Assembly (NCBI GenBank): GCA_050084985.1
Contig: JBITNC010000002.1
Span: 62,001 to 126,000, forward strand
Length of the DNA stretch: 64,000 bases
Direction: 5' to 3'
Source of the DNA: Nageia nagi
Taxonomy: Eukaryota > Plantae > Pinophyta
The translations under genes were made by a program, and so were the position numbers. Within the stretch, counting starts at the first letter, position 1, and each line of letters starts with the position of its first letter. The notes beneath the pieces are model-generated. The model did no database searches, was not told the origin of the DNA, and worked only from the letters and a program-made list of their open reading frames with translations. This document shows, piece after piece, positions 33,905 through 48,840 of this stretch.

Positions 33905-36900
33905 CAACCATCATGCATACCATCCATTCTTATAGGTGACTTTCACTTCTCAAGCTACCACTCTTTCTTGGATTTCTCTTGCATTTTTGGTACCCAAAAT
34001 TTTTTTATATTAGCCTTGAAAATACCTTTTCCAAACTTTCTCAATCCCACTCAAATTTTCATTCCAACCTTGTGATGATCTTTGTTGACATTCCCACATA
34101 TAGAAGCTAAGTTTGTAACATTGTTAGAATCATTAGCAAGAAAATAAAGAGAGCCAACCTTGTCTCTTCTAGTAATAATTATAGAATATTTAGACACTTC
34201 CAATTCTTATTACCAATGCAACCATATGATCTTCATTATCAAGTTGACTTGTTGAATTGAGATTCCTTTTTAATTAGGAATGTGCCTCATGTTCTTGAGT
34301 ACCCACTATTTTTCATTAGGTAACAGATCTCTACTTTACCCATACTAACTATAATGCAAAGATGATCATTACTAATTTCACATGTACAAAATTTCTATGA
34401 CCATACTCAATAAAATAACCCATGTGAGAAGTAGCATGACAAAAAGCACCTGAATATAAATCCTAATAGTCATTATGCATGCCAAGAGATAATATAAAAG
34501 CCTCTCCAATATATTCACCAATCATGTTAGCATCATAATTATTACTTTGATTTTTTTGCTTTGTTTATCATTTTGTTTTTCAAACCAACAATCTCTTTTA
34601 ATATGTCCCCTTTTTCACAATACCAAAAATTCATCACCTTCCCTTTGTTTTCCTTTATTCTCAATAATAAGTGCACCAAAATGACTATAAGTCTCCACTA
34701 TAGTCTTTCTTCACATGTCCTCACTACGTAGTATTCCAACCACATCATCAAACTCTAGCTTATTATAATATTAAATGGAGATACTAAATACCATCACTAA
34801 ACCATTCCAAATATATGATAATGAACATAGTAGTAACAAGGCCATTACCTTATCCTCAAACTTAATCTTTACTAAATGCAATTAATTTGCAATCATATTA
34901 AACTCATTTACATGTTAAAGAATATATCATCCTTCTATCATTTGCATATTGAATAATATTTTTTTTAAATAAACCTTGTTTGTAGCTTATGGTTTTTCAT
35001 ACATTTTAGTAAATTTATTCATTATATCCTTTTTATTTTTCTCATTTGAAATATTGAAAGCTACACTAGCACTCAAGCACAATCTTACCACTCCCAAATT
35101 CTTTCTATCCAAAAAATCCCAATCCATATCATCCATGTCCATTGGCTTACTCTTATCCTTCTCTCCAAGAAGAAGTAAAAGATATTTTTGTTAAAGATAA
35201 TCTTCAATTTGTATTTTCCAAAACCCAAAGTTACTACCATAAAATATTTCAATTCTAATCCTTCCATCCTCCATTTCTCCTATTTGATTCAAAATCTATC
35301 CAACCTTTCTATTAAGTGCACCCAACAAAAAAGTATATCTCTAATACCAATTTTTAGGATTTGACTATAAAATAAAATAGTTTTTCCTTGAGAAATTACT
35401 AAAATTGAATAAGGTTGAAATGCCTAAACAAGATAACAACAAATAAACCAAGTATACAAAGGATAGGAGCTAAGTTTTCACTTAATTCACTTGATGTGAG
35501 CTATATCCACCAAGGATATTTCAATCCTTGATTCACCATGAATCATCTAATTCCTCCAAGAGTCACATTAGTAGCATAACCTTGCTACAAAATCTCTCTT
35601 TGTAGTACAATAGATCCTCACTAACCTTGATACAAAATCTCTCTTTGTAGTACAATAGATCCTCACTAACCTTGATACAAAATCTCTCTTTGTAGTACAA
35701 TAGATCCTCACTATAAAGTATCAATCTCTCTCTAACCTAACTTGCATCAAATTACATAATCTCACATAAACCCTATATTACACATTACAACCTTAAATGC
35801 CTCAATTTATAGGAGAGTTACCATTCATATTTGATCTCAAAATGGTCAAGGAATATGTCACATAATATCCCATATTGATTGTAATCCCTAACTATGAAAT
35901 TAAAGAATCACAAAGAGTGTATTTAACTTCCCAAAATGGAGTATAATGCCCTCTATTTTTTGATTAGCATGCATCAAATCGGTTAGCATGCTATGATCAT
36001 CCCCCTAAAGATTGACTAATATTCTAGCACCCATAATGATCATTCAATGATCAACCTACCAGTTGGTTGATTGACATGTCAATCTTGCATGATCAACCCT
36101 ATGAGTATTAGTCAAAAATAGAGTCTTCAAAATCTAAATATTCATCTATGATCAGGATTATACCCAATAATATCCCACATGGATACTGATACAATGCACT
36201 CCACTACACCAAGGTATTGGAAGATTCTTACTATGGCATTTTAATTCATGAGACCAACCAAAATTAAGAAATCTCCTAATTTCTCCTTTATCTAGCATAC
36301 ACAACCATGATGTACACCATCCATGCCCATAGATGATTTGCACTCCTCAAGCTCCCACTCTTTCTTGGATTTCTCTTATATTTTTGGTACCTACATTTTC
36401 TTTGTGTTACCCTTGGAAACACCTTTTTCAACCTTTCCCAATCCTACTTAGCTTTTCATTCTAACCTTATGATGACCTTTGTTGACATTCCCACCTATAA
36501 AGGTAAAGTCCACAATATTTTTAGGAGAATTAGTAAGCAAATAAAGAGATCCAACCATGTCCCCTCCAACAATAATTGTATAACCTTTAGATACAAGTTC
36601 CAAGTGTTATTATCGAATGCAACCATGTTATCTTTATTATCAAGTTGACTTCCCGAAATGGAATTCCTTTTGAATTTAGGAATATGCCTCATATTCTTGA
36701 GCACCCACCATTTTCCATTAGCTAGCATGATCTCTAGTTTACCCATACCAAATATCTTGCAAAGATGAACATTAACTAATTTCACATGTTCAAAATTTTC
36801 ATGAACATACTCAATAAAATATCCCTTATGAGTCTAAGTAGCATGATAATAAGAACCTAAATCTAAAACCCAATAATATTTATTCACATCAAGAGATAAT

Positions 36901-38340
36901 ATTAAAGCCTCTTCAATATATTTACCAACCTATTAGCCTCATGATTATTACTTTGATTTTATTTTCTTTCTTTATCATTTTGTTATTTAACTTAGAATCT
37001 CTTTTAAGATTTCTTTATTTTCTACAATACTAACAATCCATTTTTATTTTTTACCTTTGGAGTCACATTCATGATTCCCATGATTTTGAGATTCATCACC
37101 TTCCCTTTGTTCCTTGTTTCTCAACAAGGAGTGCACCAAAATGACTAGAATTTTCCATCATGATCTTTCTTCTTATGTCCTTACTAAATAGTATTCCAAC
37201 CATATCATTAAACACTAGCTTGTTAGAATATGAAATGGAGTTACTTACTACCATCACCCATCTATTCCATCTATTTAGTAATGAACATAGTAGTAAGAAG
37301 GCCCTTACCTAATCCTCAAAATTAATCTTTATTGAATGCAACTAACTTTTAATTATATTAAGCTCATTTACATGTTTAAGAATATATCCTCCTACCATTT
37401 GAAGCTGATGGTTCTTCATACATTTTAGTTAATTTATCCATTACACCCTTTTTAGTTTTCTCATCTATAATATTGAAAGCTACACTTTCATTCAAGAACA
37501 ATCTTACCACTCCCAAAGACTTTTTATCTAAGAGATTACAACCCACATCATCCATGTCCATGGGCTTACCCTTATCCTTCTCTCTAAAGGGAAGGTAAAG
37601 GTCTTTTTGGTAGAGATAGTCTTCGATTTGCATTTTCAAAACCCAAATTCCTACCATAAAATCTTTCAATCATAATCCTTCCATACTCCATTACTCCCAC
37701 TTGATTCAAAATCTCTCAGACCTTTCTATTAAATGGACCCAACAAAAAACTATAGCTTTGACACCACTTGTTAGGTTTTAACTATAAAATAAAATATTTT
37801 TCTTGAACAATTAAAACTTGAAAAAAAATTCAAATACCCAAACAACATAACAATAAATAAACCAAGCATACAAATGAGTGGAGACAAGGTTTCATTTGGT
37901 TCACTCAATGTGAGCTACATCCACCAAGAAACTTTCAATCCTTGACTACACATTACAACCTCAACCCCCTAAATTTATAGAAAAGTTACCATTCACATTT
38001 GACCTCAAAATGGTCAAGGAATTTGTAATATAACATCCCATACTAATTGTAACCCTTGATGATGAAATTAAGACATCATGGAGAGTGTGTTTGTCTTCCC
38101 AAAATGGAATATAGTGTCCTTTATTTTTTGATCATCCTGCATCATACCAGTTAGTATCCCATGATTAGTCCCCTAAAGATCAACTAATATTCCAGCACCT
38201 AGAATGCCCCTTCACTAAATAACCACTAATTGGATGATTGACATGCCAATCCTACACGATCATTCCTATGAGTAATGATTAGAAATAAAATCTTCAAAAT
38301 TTGAATCTTATTCAATGAAGATTAGGCTCCATACCCAACA
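33905..38340 (-). mobile_element. Tandem LTR-internal-LTR-internal array of a gag/protease-only copia derivative
   Basis: LTRs ~37770-38340 and ~35352-36170; degenerate Met PBS at ~37756-37767 and ~35338-35349; gag (KMQIEDYLYQKDL..YEEPSASN) and protease-region remnants twice; no IN/RT/RH. Confidence 0.75.
35581..35712. repeat. 45-bp tandem triplication within LTR
   Basis: CTTG(C/A)TACAAAATCTCTCTTTGTAGTACAATAGATCCTCACTA x3. Confidence 0.9.
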
Positions 38341-40106
38341 CTAAGGGGATGTGTTTTTTAGAATGTGGTATGTCAAACTTAGGAATGTATTAGTTAGATT
38401 GTAGATGAGGTTGAGGAGAATATGGTAGGTGATCAAATACTTAGCTTAATATGGAAGGTAAATTAATTGTAGAAGTGTGAGGACTTGATAAGGTTGGTTG
38501 AGGAAAATAAGGAGCTTTATTAGGTATAAGATCATTTTTTGTTAATATGTGTAATGGGACATTGTTATTAAGCAACAAAGTATCCAAAAAATATCTATGT
38601 TATAGAATGTGTATATGTGTGTTAGGGTTACAAATAGTTTGAAGTTCCACTTATGGAATAATTCCTACAATTTAATAATTACAATTAGATATAATATTTT
38701 AATGCTCATTATCATCTTCGTTGTCAATTCCAATCCTAGATTTTTATATTCATATTTATTATAATTTACTCTATGTTCATAAAGAAATTTGTTTTTAACT
38801 TTTAACATGACAATTCATCTAAGGCATAAGATCTTTAGGTATCTTAGGCATGCAAAATTATCTAGGGGTTGTAAATAAGAATTTTCAAATAAAATATATA
38901 CATCACAATCATATGAGGATTATAAGGAATTTATATTCACCAATATGTTTGATGTAGAAATTGAAATTGACTAACGAAACCTAGCTAATTAACACATTAT
39001 ACTATGACAATCAATAGTGAAATAATGTAAATGACATAGCTTTGTTAGACAAAGAATTGTAGAAATAAAAATATCCTAATGAAATTTAGAGAGCATTTTT
39101 ATTACTAGCTTGAGGTATATAGGCCTAAAGATTATGGTAGATCTCCAATAATGCTATGATAATCTTTCCAAATATCATTAAAAAAAATTAATTATCTTCC
39201 TATATGAATCTAGATGTGGGTTTTAGGTTTTCTTATACCTTCTATTGATTATGATATACAAAATAGTGTTTGAAAAATCAACATAACCTTTGTAAAAGAG
39301 GGGCTCTTTGATGGATGAAGTCCCCTTAATAACAATTGAATCCTACTAAGTAAAGAAAAAATTGATTCCCAATACCTTAATTGGATGGGTGTTTGCATAT
39401 AATGTTGAATTTTAGAAAAAGAATTTTATGGTGTTGAATTTTAGAAAAAGGGCTTTATCAAATATCATATCGCACTATTGAACAAATTTTCGATGCTTCA
39501 TATAGATGAACATTATCTTGTAATGTTAAACTTTAGAAACGTAACAATTTTTTATCAATATTGAATCATATGATTGAATAATTTCCTAGATAGATGTTAT
39601 CATGTACTATTGAACTTTAGAAAAGCTACAAATGAAGAGTTGAGAAAAATTTAAATATGCTTTATCTTTAAAATGTTTCATCCTTTAAAATTACAAATTA
39701 TGCAAATTTAAAACATTATATTATTACTTATAAATATTATTAACAAAGTTGAATTCCAAGAAATGGATCCATGAAAAAACATTAAAAAATTGAACATGAT
39801 TTATTTTAACTCATAATCTATGATTGTTAAAACAGAAGAAAAAAAAAAAAAAAACTTCAAACATCATTAACAAAGAAAAAAAAAAAACTTTTAAAAAACA
39901 ACCCAATAATTTAAATCTTGACATTTTCTCAAAAGCTGAAAGGTTCGAACCCTTAACTGAATGTGTTATAAACCCCACAAATCTACCTTGTTCATCTAAA
40001 AAAGTACCATTTAAAGGATATTAAAACCCTTTGCCAGCTTAAAGCGGTTCATAACATTGATTCTAAAAACATGTCCATAATATACTCACCATCAAGCAGG
40101 ATGTAT

Positions 40107-40460
40107 TTATTTCTTTCCCAAGAGTGCTTTTTGAAGCCAGCCTTGGGCATCATTCATTAAGGAGGGACTGAGTCTGAGCATGAGAATACAGAACTCCTCC
40201 TCGTCCACAACACCATCACCATTAAGATCTCCCGCTTCAATCATGGCTCCAAGCTCATCCTCGCTCATCCTCTCCATCTCCAAAAGACTCGCGTTCTTCT
40301 TCAAACTCTGCAACGTTATCACCCCACTCTCTGAATCCGCTAGAAGCCGGAAGCCATTGCAGAGCTCCCCCATGAATTTCTCTTCCCCCAACTTCTCTGC
40401 CATCACCGGCAAAAGATCCTTAAATTCTTCTTCCACGCTCTCTTCCGCTTTCTTTGACAT
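40107..40460 (-). CDS. KIC: EF-hand calcium-binding protein of the KIC/PBP1 family (intronless)
   Basis: DLLPVMAEKL..ELCNGFRLLAD..VITLQSLKKN..GDLNGDGVVDEEEFCILMLRLSP..DAQGWLQKAL matches the KIC/PBP1 pattern; first ATG at 40460 (track start is GTG); TATA-like box ~40522-40531. Confidence 0.9.
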   Translation of the reverse strand: MSKKAEESVEEEFKDLLPVMAEKLGEEKFMGELCNGFRLLADSESGVITLQSLKKNASLLEMERMSEDELGAMIEAGDLNGDGVVDEEEFCILMLRLSPSLMNDAQGWLQKALLGKK

Positions 40461-41689
40461 GGTCTCCACCCTCTGCCAGAATTGCTTGATTTACGATGAG
40501 ACTAAGTTATGAATTCCAGGCAATATATAAATCCCGAAGTGGCCTACATCGGAATGCAAGTCGAGGTCAGGAGGGAGACGTGCAATGCATAATTTATTAA
40601 GGGAAGAAGAAAAGAGGAAGGTGCCTCTGCCTACTTCACAGAGGAGGAGGCTTCCGAGAAACTGGTATAATTTTGTCAATTTTGTTTGTCAGCACCGCCA
40701 GCATGCTGTCATATGGATAATCAAGAAAGGTTTAACTAGCATAGCTCTGTCGATACAGTGTTTGTTTTTTCTCTGGAAAGTGCAAGAGTAAAGTACCTGT
40801 CTATTTACTCATGGATGAATGTCACCAGATAGTACCTGTCTATTTACTCATGGATGAATGTCACCAGAAAGTGCCTGTCTTTCTTATGGATGATTTGATC
40901 TCCTTGCATGCTCATTTACAAGACTATTTTAATCGGTAGATGTGGTATTGATTTATTTTATTTTATTTTATTTTTTGAAAATATGGTGAAGAATCAATTA
41001 AGAATCATATTTATACTTTCCATCGGATAGTGTATTGGTTTAAGCTTTAATTCTTTTTTAGTTGGTCTAAGGTTAATATTACAATAGTTGTTCCAAGTTG
41101 TTATAGCTTGTTACAAGTTAACTACAGTACTAGTAGTCTTGAGGGGATTTTTATAACAATTTACCTTATAATTCAATTAAAAAAAATTCAAAAATTATAT
41201 ATTATTTAGGTTTATTGTTTCATGTAGTAGAAACATGAAAGTTTTAAACTCTTTTCATAAGGTGTTAGTATTAATATGAAAATGAAATGAAATTCTATAT
41301 CCCTCATTTTCTTTTTAATAACTAATTTTCTTTATTAAAAGATATAGTATTTAGTACTTGGAAAAGCTTCCCATAATTAAAAGAAAGGGAAATATCTTAA
41401 AAAAAATGGATGCAATGGATGTGGGATTTCAATTATCGAAGAAATATACATCTCAATATATATTTAAATTTTTTATAAAATAATATTTGATAATAATGTT
41501 CTTACATAAAAAAATTCCTTAATAAAAAATATATCATGAGTATTTATACAATTAATATTATTAAAAAATATAATAGAATTAAAATGGTAAAATGAATGAC
41601 CATCAACTAATAAAAGTAACAAAGAGTCCTCATGGTTCAAATAATGCTCAATAAGAAAGTAAATATTTAATGTAAGCTACAAGATTATT

Positions 41690-42960
41690 AGTAATTGGTG
41701 TTCTATCACCTTGTTGAATGTGAGCTACACGATTATCACTAAAGCCTTAGCTCTATGTCTTTGGCCTTTGCTACGACAAATTATCAAAATTGATATATTT
41801 TGGATAATGCATTAAATGGGTTTGTCTTACTCATCAGAACATCTTGTTCATTAAGATTGATTTTGAGAAGGCTTATGATAGGATAAGTGGCATTTCATTC
41901 TTGCAATGCTTCAAGATATTGGTTTGGGTTAGATTTCATATTTCAACTACCACACTTCATTTCAACTATGAGTGTTTTTTCAAGATACCTTTTCCATCCC
42001 ATCCTTTAATAATTCTCAATCAAAGGCTATTGGGATTTTTCGTTCAATATGCCAAGGATGTCATGAACTTATAGGTTTGTCATGTGTTAGTTATTGAAGC
42101 CTTTGGCTACCTTCTTGCAAACCAAGTTTCTCATGGTTTAGTAAAGGGTATTTCTCTCCCTAATAATCAAGGATAACTTGTTAATGGTAATTTTGATGAT
42201 GATTCATTCTCAACCACTCTAGAAGATGAGAAGTTGCTCATATATGCCCTCCATATCTTAGATATTTTTTATAAAGCATCTAGTTCTAGTATGCAATGGT
42301 GATAGATAAAAAATTATAGGTAATCACCTTTTCTAATGCCAAATTGGCTTGAAAATTTTAATGGAATTGGATTCAGCCAATAGAAATTTTTAAATTCCCA
42401 AGTATCCCATCTACTTTCCACAACACACCTTCTCAACTCTAGGAAGCAGTCCAACAAAAAGTGGAGAAGAAGTTAGAATATTATTTCATGAAGAAGCTTT
42501 CCCTAAAAGCATGTATCAAATATGCTCAACAAGTTAAGTAACCACCCATTTTTATTATTCTTATTATAAGATACAATCATGTTATCTCAAGTTGGAGAAA
42601 CTTTTACAATATTTCCTCTAGGCTAGTTTTATATTGAAAAAAGACTTTATCTAAGTCACTTGAGATGTTTTTTGCCTTCCTAGATCAAACATGGGATGGA
42701 TGGACCTTTTATTTCAAAAATAAGGGAATAATTCTTTATGTTAAATGGATAATTTAGGCACTCAAAGGTTTCAAATCTTGGAATGTTCTAGTATGGCATT
42801 TCATCTCCTTAGGAAAGTTGCTTACTCATTAGGCTTAGAAGGGTATGTGTACTTTCCCTCCTCGATGATGTCCCTAGTTCCAATAAAAATTCTAGGCTCA
42901 TTTGTAATTTGAAGTATTTGGAAAGCATGGGAGCAACTCAAGCCATAGGTTTCAATTAAA
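41690..42960 (+). mobile_element. Decayed LINE (L1-like) RT fragment
   Basis: IKIDFEKAYDRI, RQGC-like and (F)ADD-like remnants; many stops. Confidence 0.75.
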
Positions 42961-45879
42961 AGGAGAGGGATTTCATAAAAGTTTCTTTATTAATCTTCAT
43001 AATGTTTGGTTTTTAGTTACAATAATCCACTATTAGGGATTCCCTATGGATTAGATTCAATTGGTACATGCATAATGTGTCAAAAACTTTTCCTTATCAT
43101 GGAAAAAGGACAATAATGGGTTTAAAACTCATCTTTTAGTACAAGATAGTCCTCAAATAGTATAAGTTTTACTCTAGACTTGTATTATGACTTGAATTAT
43201 TATATCACTATCAAGTGATCTCTTATTAAAATTGTTAACTCTTAGCGATCAATCTTATGAGAGTAATCACTATGTTCAACTCAACTACTTAGCTTGTCAA
43301 GTTATTAAGTTTTGAGATCCTTTACATTCATATTACTTTCTTAGTATCATACATCAATGCTAGTTTTTATAAGATTATTTTCTCTATCTCAATATGTTAT
43401 CATATACTACATAACTTGTAAACAATTTTATCTACCTTCATAATTTCAATTGCATTTTCTTATCAAATACATGAAAGGATACCAATTCCATGAACATAAA
43501 TAAGATTATTATATATTCTACTTGTAATATTGATCCTCTACTTTAGAATGATCTCATAAGAAAAATACAAAACAAAGCATAGGAAAAATAGATGCTTCTC
43601 TTTATTGATATATCAATCCTTATTACAAAGTACATTTTAGTTTCCAAAGATGTAAAAATGAGACTCTCCTTCCAATTTAAAGTACCATTGAGAGATTACA
43701 AAATTGTGACTATTCGACTACATTGACCTTTCACATTCTATAGCATTTTAAATGCTTATTAGCATCTTAACTATTAAAATTTTATTCTATGAAAAATAAG
43801 TGAAGGAAGGTTAAATGAAAAACTTAAATTCAATTACAACAAAATGAAAATCAACTAGCCTATATAAAAATTAACTATTCTCCTACAAAATGTGCAATTA
43901 TTCTTCAAACCACTCATTTGATATTGTTAACCTTTTCACTTATGTCATCTATAATATAATTAGACAACTTCTTTAGGACAAGCTTGATGTCATAATGCTT
44001 TTTCATGATTTGATTATCTAGCTCCTTTATCACTTGAACCAACTTTCATAACTTCATAAGCCATACAATGAATCCATTGTAGGTATGCATATAAATACCA
44101 TAATGAATTATCTAAAGGTATTCATTTTGCAATAAATTCTCCACCTTCCTCTTTACTTCCTTTTTAAACCTACTTTTTTCTTTCAAGGTGGAATTCTCTT
44201 TGAAATATGATAAAGTAATGAATACCAATGCATTCATGGTATTAATATATTTCATTCAATACTATTTTAAAAAGATGCATTTTTTGGCCACCATGGCCAT
44301 CCATTCATAGAAGAAGAAGAAATTATCACATTTCTTATGCTTGATATTATTCTTTTCTTTTCCTCACAACTTTTTTTTAACCTCTTTGATTGTTTCTAGA
44401 TGAGTAGACCATCATTATATTAAAAATGCACCATAAGCCTCATCAAATGCTTTCAAGATATCATTAAGAGGAGTAGAAAAACCTATTTTAACACCCTCTC
44501 TATTGTAAATATTCAACTTCAAATTTTTTAGGCTTGAATTGATATTTATTACCTATTTGTTTTTTGCATGTTCCTCCCTTATATATTTCTTCAACTCTCT
44601 AATTATCTTATTATACTTATTGCTTAGTTCTTACATGCACTTAATGGTGGATTATCCTATATAATCCACCCCATAAAACCAATTATGTACATTATATAAG
44701 TCTTGCATTACAACTTGGTATTATTCCTATGCATATAAACTCTTCACATATGAAAATAGCTTCTTAATGGATAAATGTTCAAACTCAACATATACAAAAT
44801 TTCAATATCATTTTGGAAAAAACCTACACTTGATGATGATGGGGGCTTCTCTTCTTTATGATCACTCATTTCTTGCAAACTCTTCAAGTAATTTTCTAAA
44901 ATAATACCTTTCAACCAAGTCACTATGTTTAGATGTTCAAATGTTTTATCAATTTTCTTTTTGAGTTTTATGAATTTTTAGTGGAAGTTTTTGAGGTATT
45001 CTATCAACACTACTACTTGTTACTTCACTTTTTGTAGTTTATATAAGAACTTCTTGCTCCATTTTGTCTTCCTTTTCTTCCTCTTCAAATTCAATTGAAA
45101 GACTATAGGATTCCAAATTATCGAGCATTGAAAAGGTTTATCATTATTTGATTATATTAACTCACCTTTCTCCTTAAATTCATCTTCAATGATTGCCACC
45201 TCTTTATCATCATTTGTGATTTTGGTACTCCCTTCATTATCATATTCAATATCGTTTCTTGAACTAATAGAGCTACTTAAGCTCTATAATCCACATTATT
45301 TATTATCACTCTTTTTTCTTTAACTATCATTGCTTCCTCCCTCTTTAGGGTAATACCTTAAATTATCTTAGATCATGGTTCATTTTAGCCATGACTATTC
45401 ACTAATAACATAATTTTAGAAATTCTAAAAATTTAAATTGGTGAATTTTCGGGTTATAATAACACCCTTAATGCCAAATTTTTTTATTTTTAATTTTTTT
45501 CTAACCTAGGTCACCAATTCAAATTAATATTTTAAATTAAATTTTTTATTTTTTTGCTAATATTTTGAAATAATAAATATATGACTTCAGATTGAAATTA
45601 TAAAATATTATTTATATTTCGATTAAATCACCCAATATAAATACCTTAATCTAAATTTGATACTTCCATTGCTATTTCTTTTTGGATTTCCTTTGAGCAA
45701 CCATATCAACATAAGATCTTAATATAGTTGCAATAATTGGTGAAATCTTATTCCTAGTTTTATTATTTTTCATAATATTTATAGTTGTATTTATAATATG
45801 CAATCATGTGAAGGCATGTTTTTCATTAATTAAAAGCATTTTTTCCACCAAATGGAGGCAGAATGAGATTGAATGATGG

Positions 45880-46200
45880 TATTTATCTTTGGATGGTGGC
45901 TTCTACCTCTAAATGGTAGCAAATGCCTTCGAACAATGGCATATACCTCTGAATGACTACTTTTGCTTTCAAACAACAATATCTTCTTTTGAATGGTGGC
46001 ATTTTCCTCTAGACCATGGCATATGCCTCTAAACAATATCATACTACCTTCAGATGGTAGCATATTACCTTTAGATGGTACCATTCTACCTTCAAATAGT
46101 AGCAAAGGTTCGGATGGTAGCATGCCTCCAAATAGTAGTAGAATTCCACCATCTAGTAGTAAAATGCTACCATCTGGCGCATTCTACCTCCAAATGGTGG
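45880..46200. repeat. Degenerate ~21-bp repeats with palindromic core CTACC(TTCAGA)TGGTAG
   Basis: Direct reading; lies next to a hAT remnant. Confidence 0.75.
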
Positions 46201-46639
46201 TAGCATCAATTCAATTTCTTTCTAATCTTCTTTCATTTGGTACAATATTAAAATTTTTGATTCACATGTTAGTTGCAGATACTATGGATTCTAAGAACAA
46301 TAGAAAAAGGGGGATGAAAAAAGGTATATTATCTTATTTTGTTAATAAATAGTCATAAAATGAAAGAACTCAATATGTATCATTAATTAATACATGTACT
46401 TATCTTACTTATCTATAATATTTAATATAATACATGCAATTCTAAATTTATTATCTTTGATATATTTAAAATATAATATGAATATTAATTATAAGAGATA
46501 TCATTTTGTCTTTGATATGTAGAAAACCTCAATAATCATGTACCACCTGATGATAATGTTTTTGTTGCAATTGATGTACAACCACTTACGATTGAGTACC
46601 CTACAAATAGACCACCTCCACATGATGATATTCTAACAC

Positions 46640-48840
46640 ATCTATGAAAAAAATGTACAAATAAATCTATAGAAAAAAATTGCAAGTTGAAAAGAAAAAG
46701 AAGCGTAAAATGGACTATTGGAACAATTTTTTAGGTTGATTGGGAAGAAAACTATCCATTCATTGAACCGATTGACCTTAGTGATGGAAATGATCCAACA
46801 AAATGCAAATGTAAGACATGTTTTTGTGCAACAAAAAGAGAACATCAAATGAATTAAAAATAAATACATTCTAAAAATATTGTGGTAAATTATATTACAA
46901 CAAAATATATGAAAATGGATAAACAATTAAGTGTTGCAAGGATAAAACTTAAGATGAGTGCAATCACTTACGATATTAGAATATGAGAAGTACATGAAGG
47001 AAAAGCAAGATCTATAAGAGAAAGGTGGAACACTATAAACACATTTTGAAAAAATTACTGATGCAAAAAGGTAAGTAAAATTTACTCAATTTTGTACTAT
47101 CTTCCATATTCTTAAATAGGGTAGGCCTATTTCTAATTTTAAAAATTTTAAAGTTTTATATCAAAGAGTTGGATTACAAAATATACCGCAAAAACATTAA
47201 TCAGAGACAAGTTCTTGGGAAATGGAAAAATGTTTATCAATGGTTGAGATTGATAGTTTATAATAAAATGTTAAAAAATCATAATTTATTTCACTTTCAC
47301 TTAATGAAGTTACAATAGTGGATAATGCTTCATGGATTTGCATGCATGTATACACTTTTCAGAGTAATTGTAGGACACCACATCTAGTGAATATTCATAA
47401 AATGGAAGAAAATTGCAATGTAGAAAATCTTTACAAATTAGTTATTTCTAACTTAAAAGATTGTTTTATAATGGATGATTATGAAATTACTACAAAATTG
47501 ATATGTATTAGAGCAAATAGTGCATCAATAATGCAAGGTAATTGAAATGGTATTTATGCTAGATTACATACTATAGTTTCTCCATAGATGATTCCCATTC
47601 ATTGTATGGCACATAGAATGAACCTTACATATAGAATTGTTAGCACTTTTATAACTGTAACAAAAGTGGAAGAGCTTATTTGTGACTTGCATACATATTT
47701 TGCAAGAAGCCCAAAAAAATATATGGAGTTAAAAAATTTCTCTGTTGGAATAACTTACGAAAATAAGCTTTTAAGATCTATTGATACAAGTAGGATTTCA
47801 TTGTATGAACTAAAAAAAAAGTTTTTCTTGAATATCCATCTTTAATTGGTTATATGTTTGAACACCACAATGCAATTGATAAAAAAAAATATTTACCATT
47901 CCATTTGATAGATTTTCAAATATTGTTGACATTATGAAAAATTCCATTTTGAAATCATATATGATTTTATATCTTTGAGAAAATGAGTATCTCTATTTTT
48001 GGATATGCTTTATACAAGTGAAGATAGTTTTCAAGGTCTTTTATTTCAAAGATGGAAAACTTTGACAAATGTTAAAGATCCAAATAATTTTTTGAAATTT
48101 AATATCAATGATTATATTTGTGTAGACATGAAAGGAAAGTTGATACCATTTCATGTTCAAAATATAGAAGGGATTTGGTTGGAGCAGAATATGAAGATGA
48201 ACTTGTAAATCATATTTTTTATAATTGTATTTATGATACATTGATTAATTTAAAAAATATTTCTACAACCTTAGCTAATGAAATTCATTAATGCTTTCAA
48301 ATAGATGATTTACTTGAATCAATGGCTATTGTGAACCCTAAATTTTGGAATACAAATAATGGTGAACAGTTAATTCATGATTTATTTTGTAAAAATATGG
48401 TAATTCTTCGATCATATTTTGGTAAATATATAGAAGTAAATGGACTAAAAGTTAATGGCATTTTAAATAAAGAGTTATTAAAAAAATAAGCCAACTATTT
48501 TGGACTTGTTATATTTGATCAATACTCTTTATTATCAAAACCAACAAAAAATGGTGCCATTAAACATCTTTGGGTAAAACTTTATCCAAGTATAGTTCTT
48601 CAACATAGTATCAGTGAGTATCTTAGATTATATGAATTATGTAAAATAATGATTTTGGATTCTGTTGAAGATAAAAGAGTATTCAGTGCTTTATCTTTTC
48701 TTAAATACAAGCTTCGAAATAAACTAGAAAAAAACTTGGATACGTGTATTAGATTATATGTTTTACCTTATATTATGGATTCTTTTCCCATAAAAAGGGT
48801 AGTGAATATTTGGTTTCTATTGCATAAAGGAGAGGTTTAG
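46640..48840 (+). pseudogene. Decayed hAT-superfamily transposase (ZNF862-like)
   Basis: SLSLNEVTIVDN, IPIHCMAHRMNL (CxxH) and SVEDKRVFSALSFLKYKLRNKL (hAT dimerisation) remnants. Confidence 0.8.
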
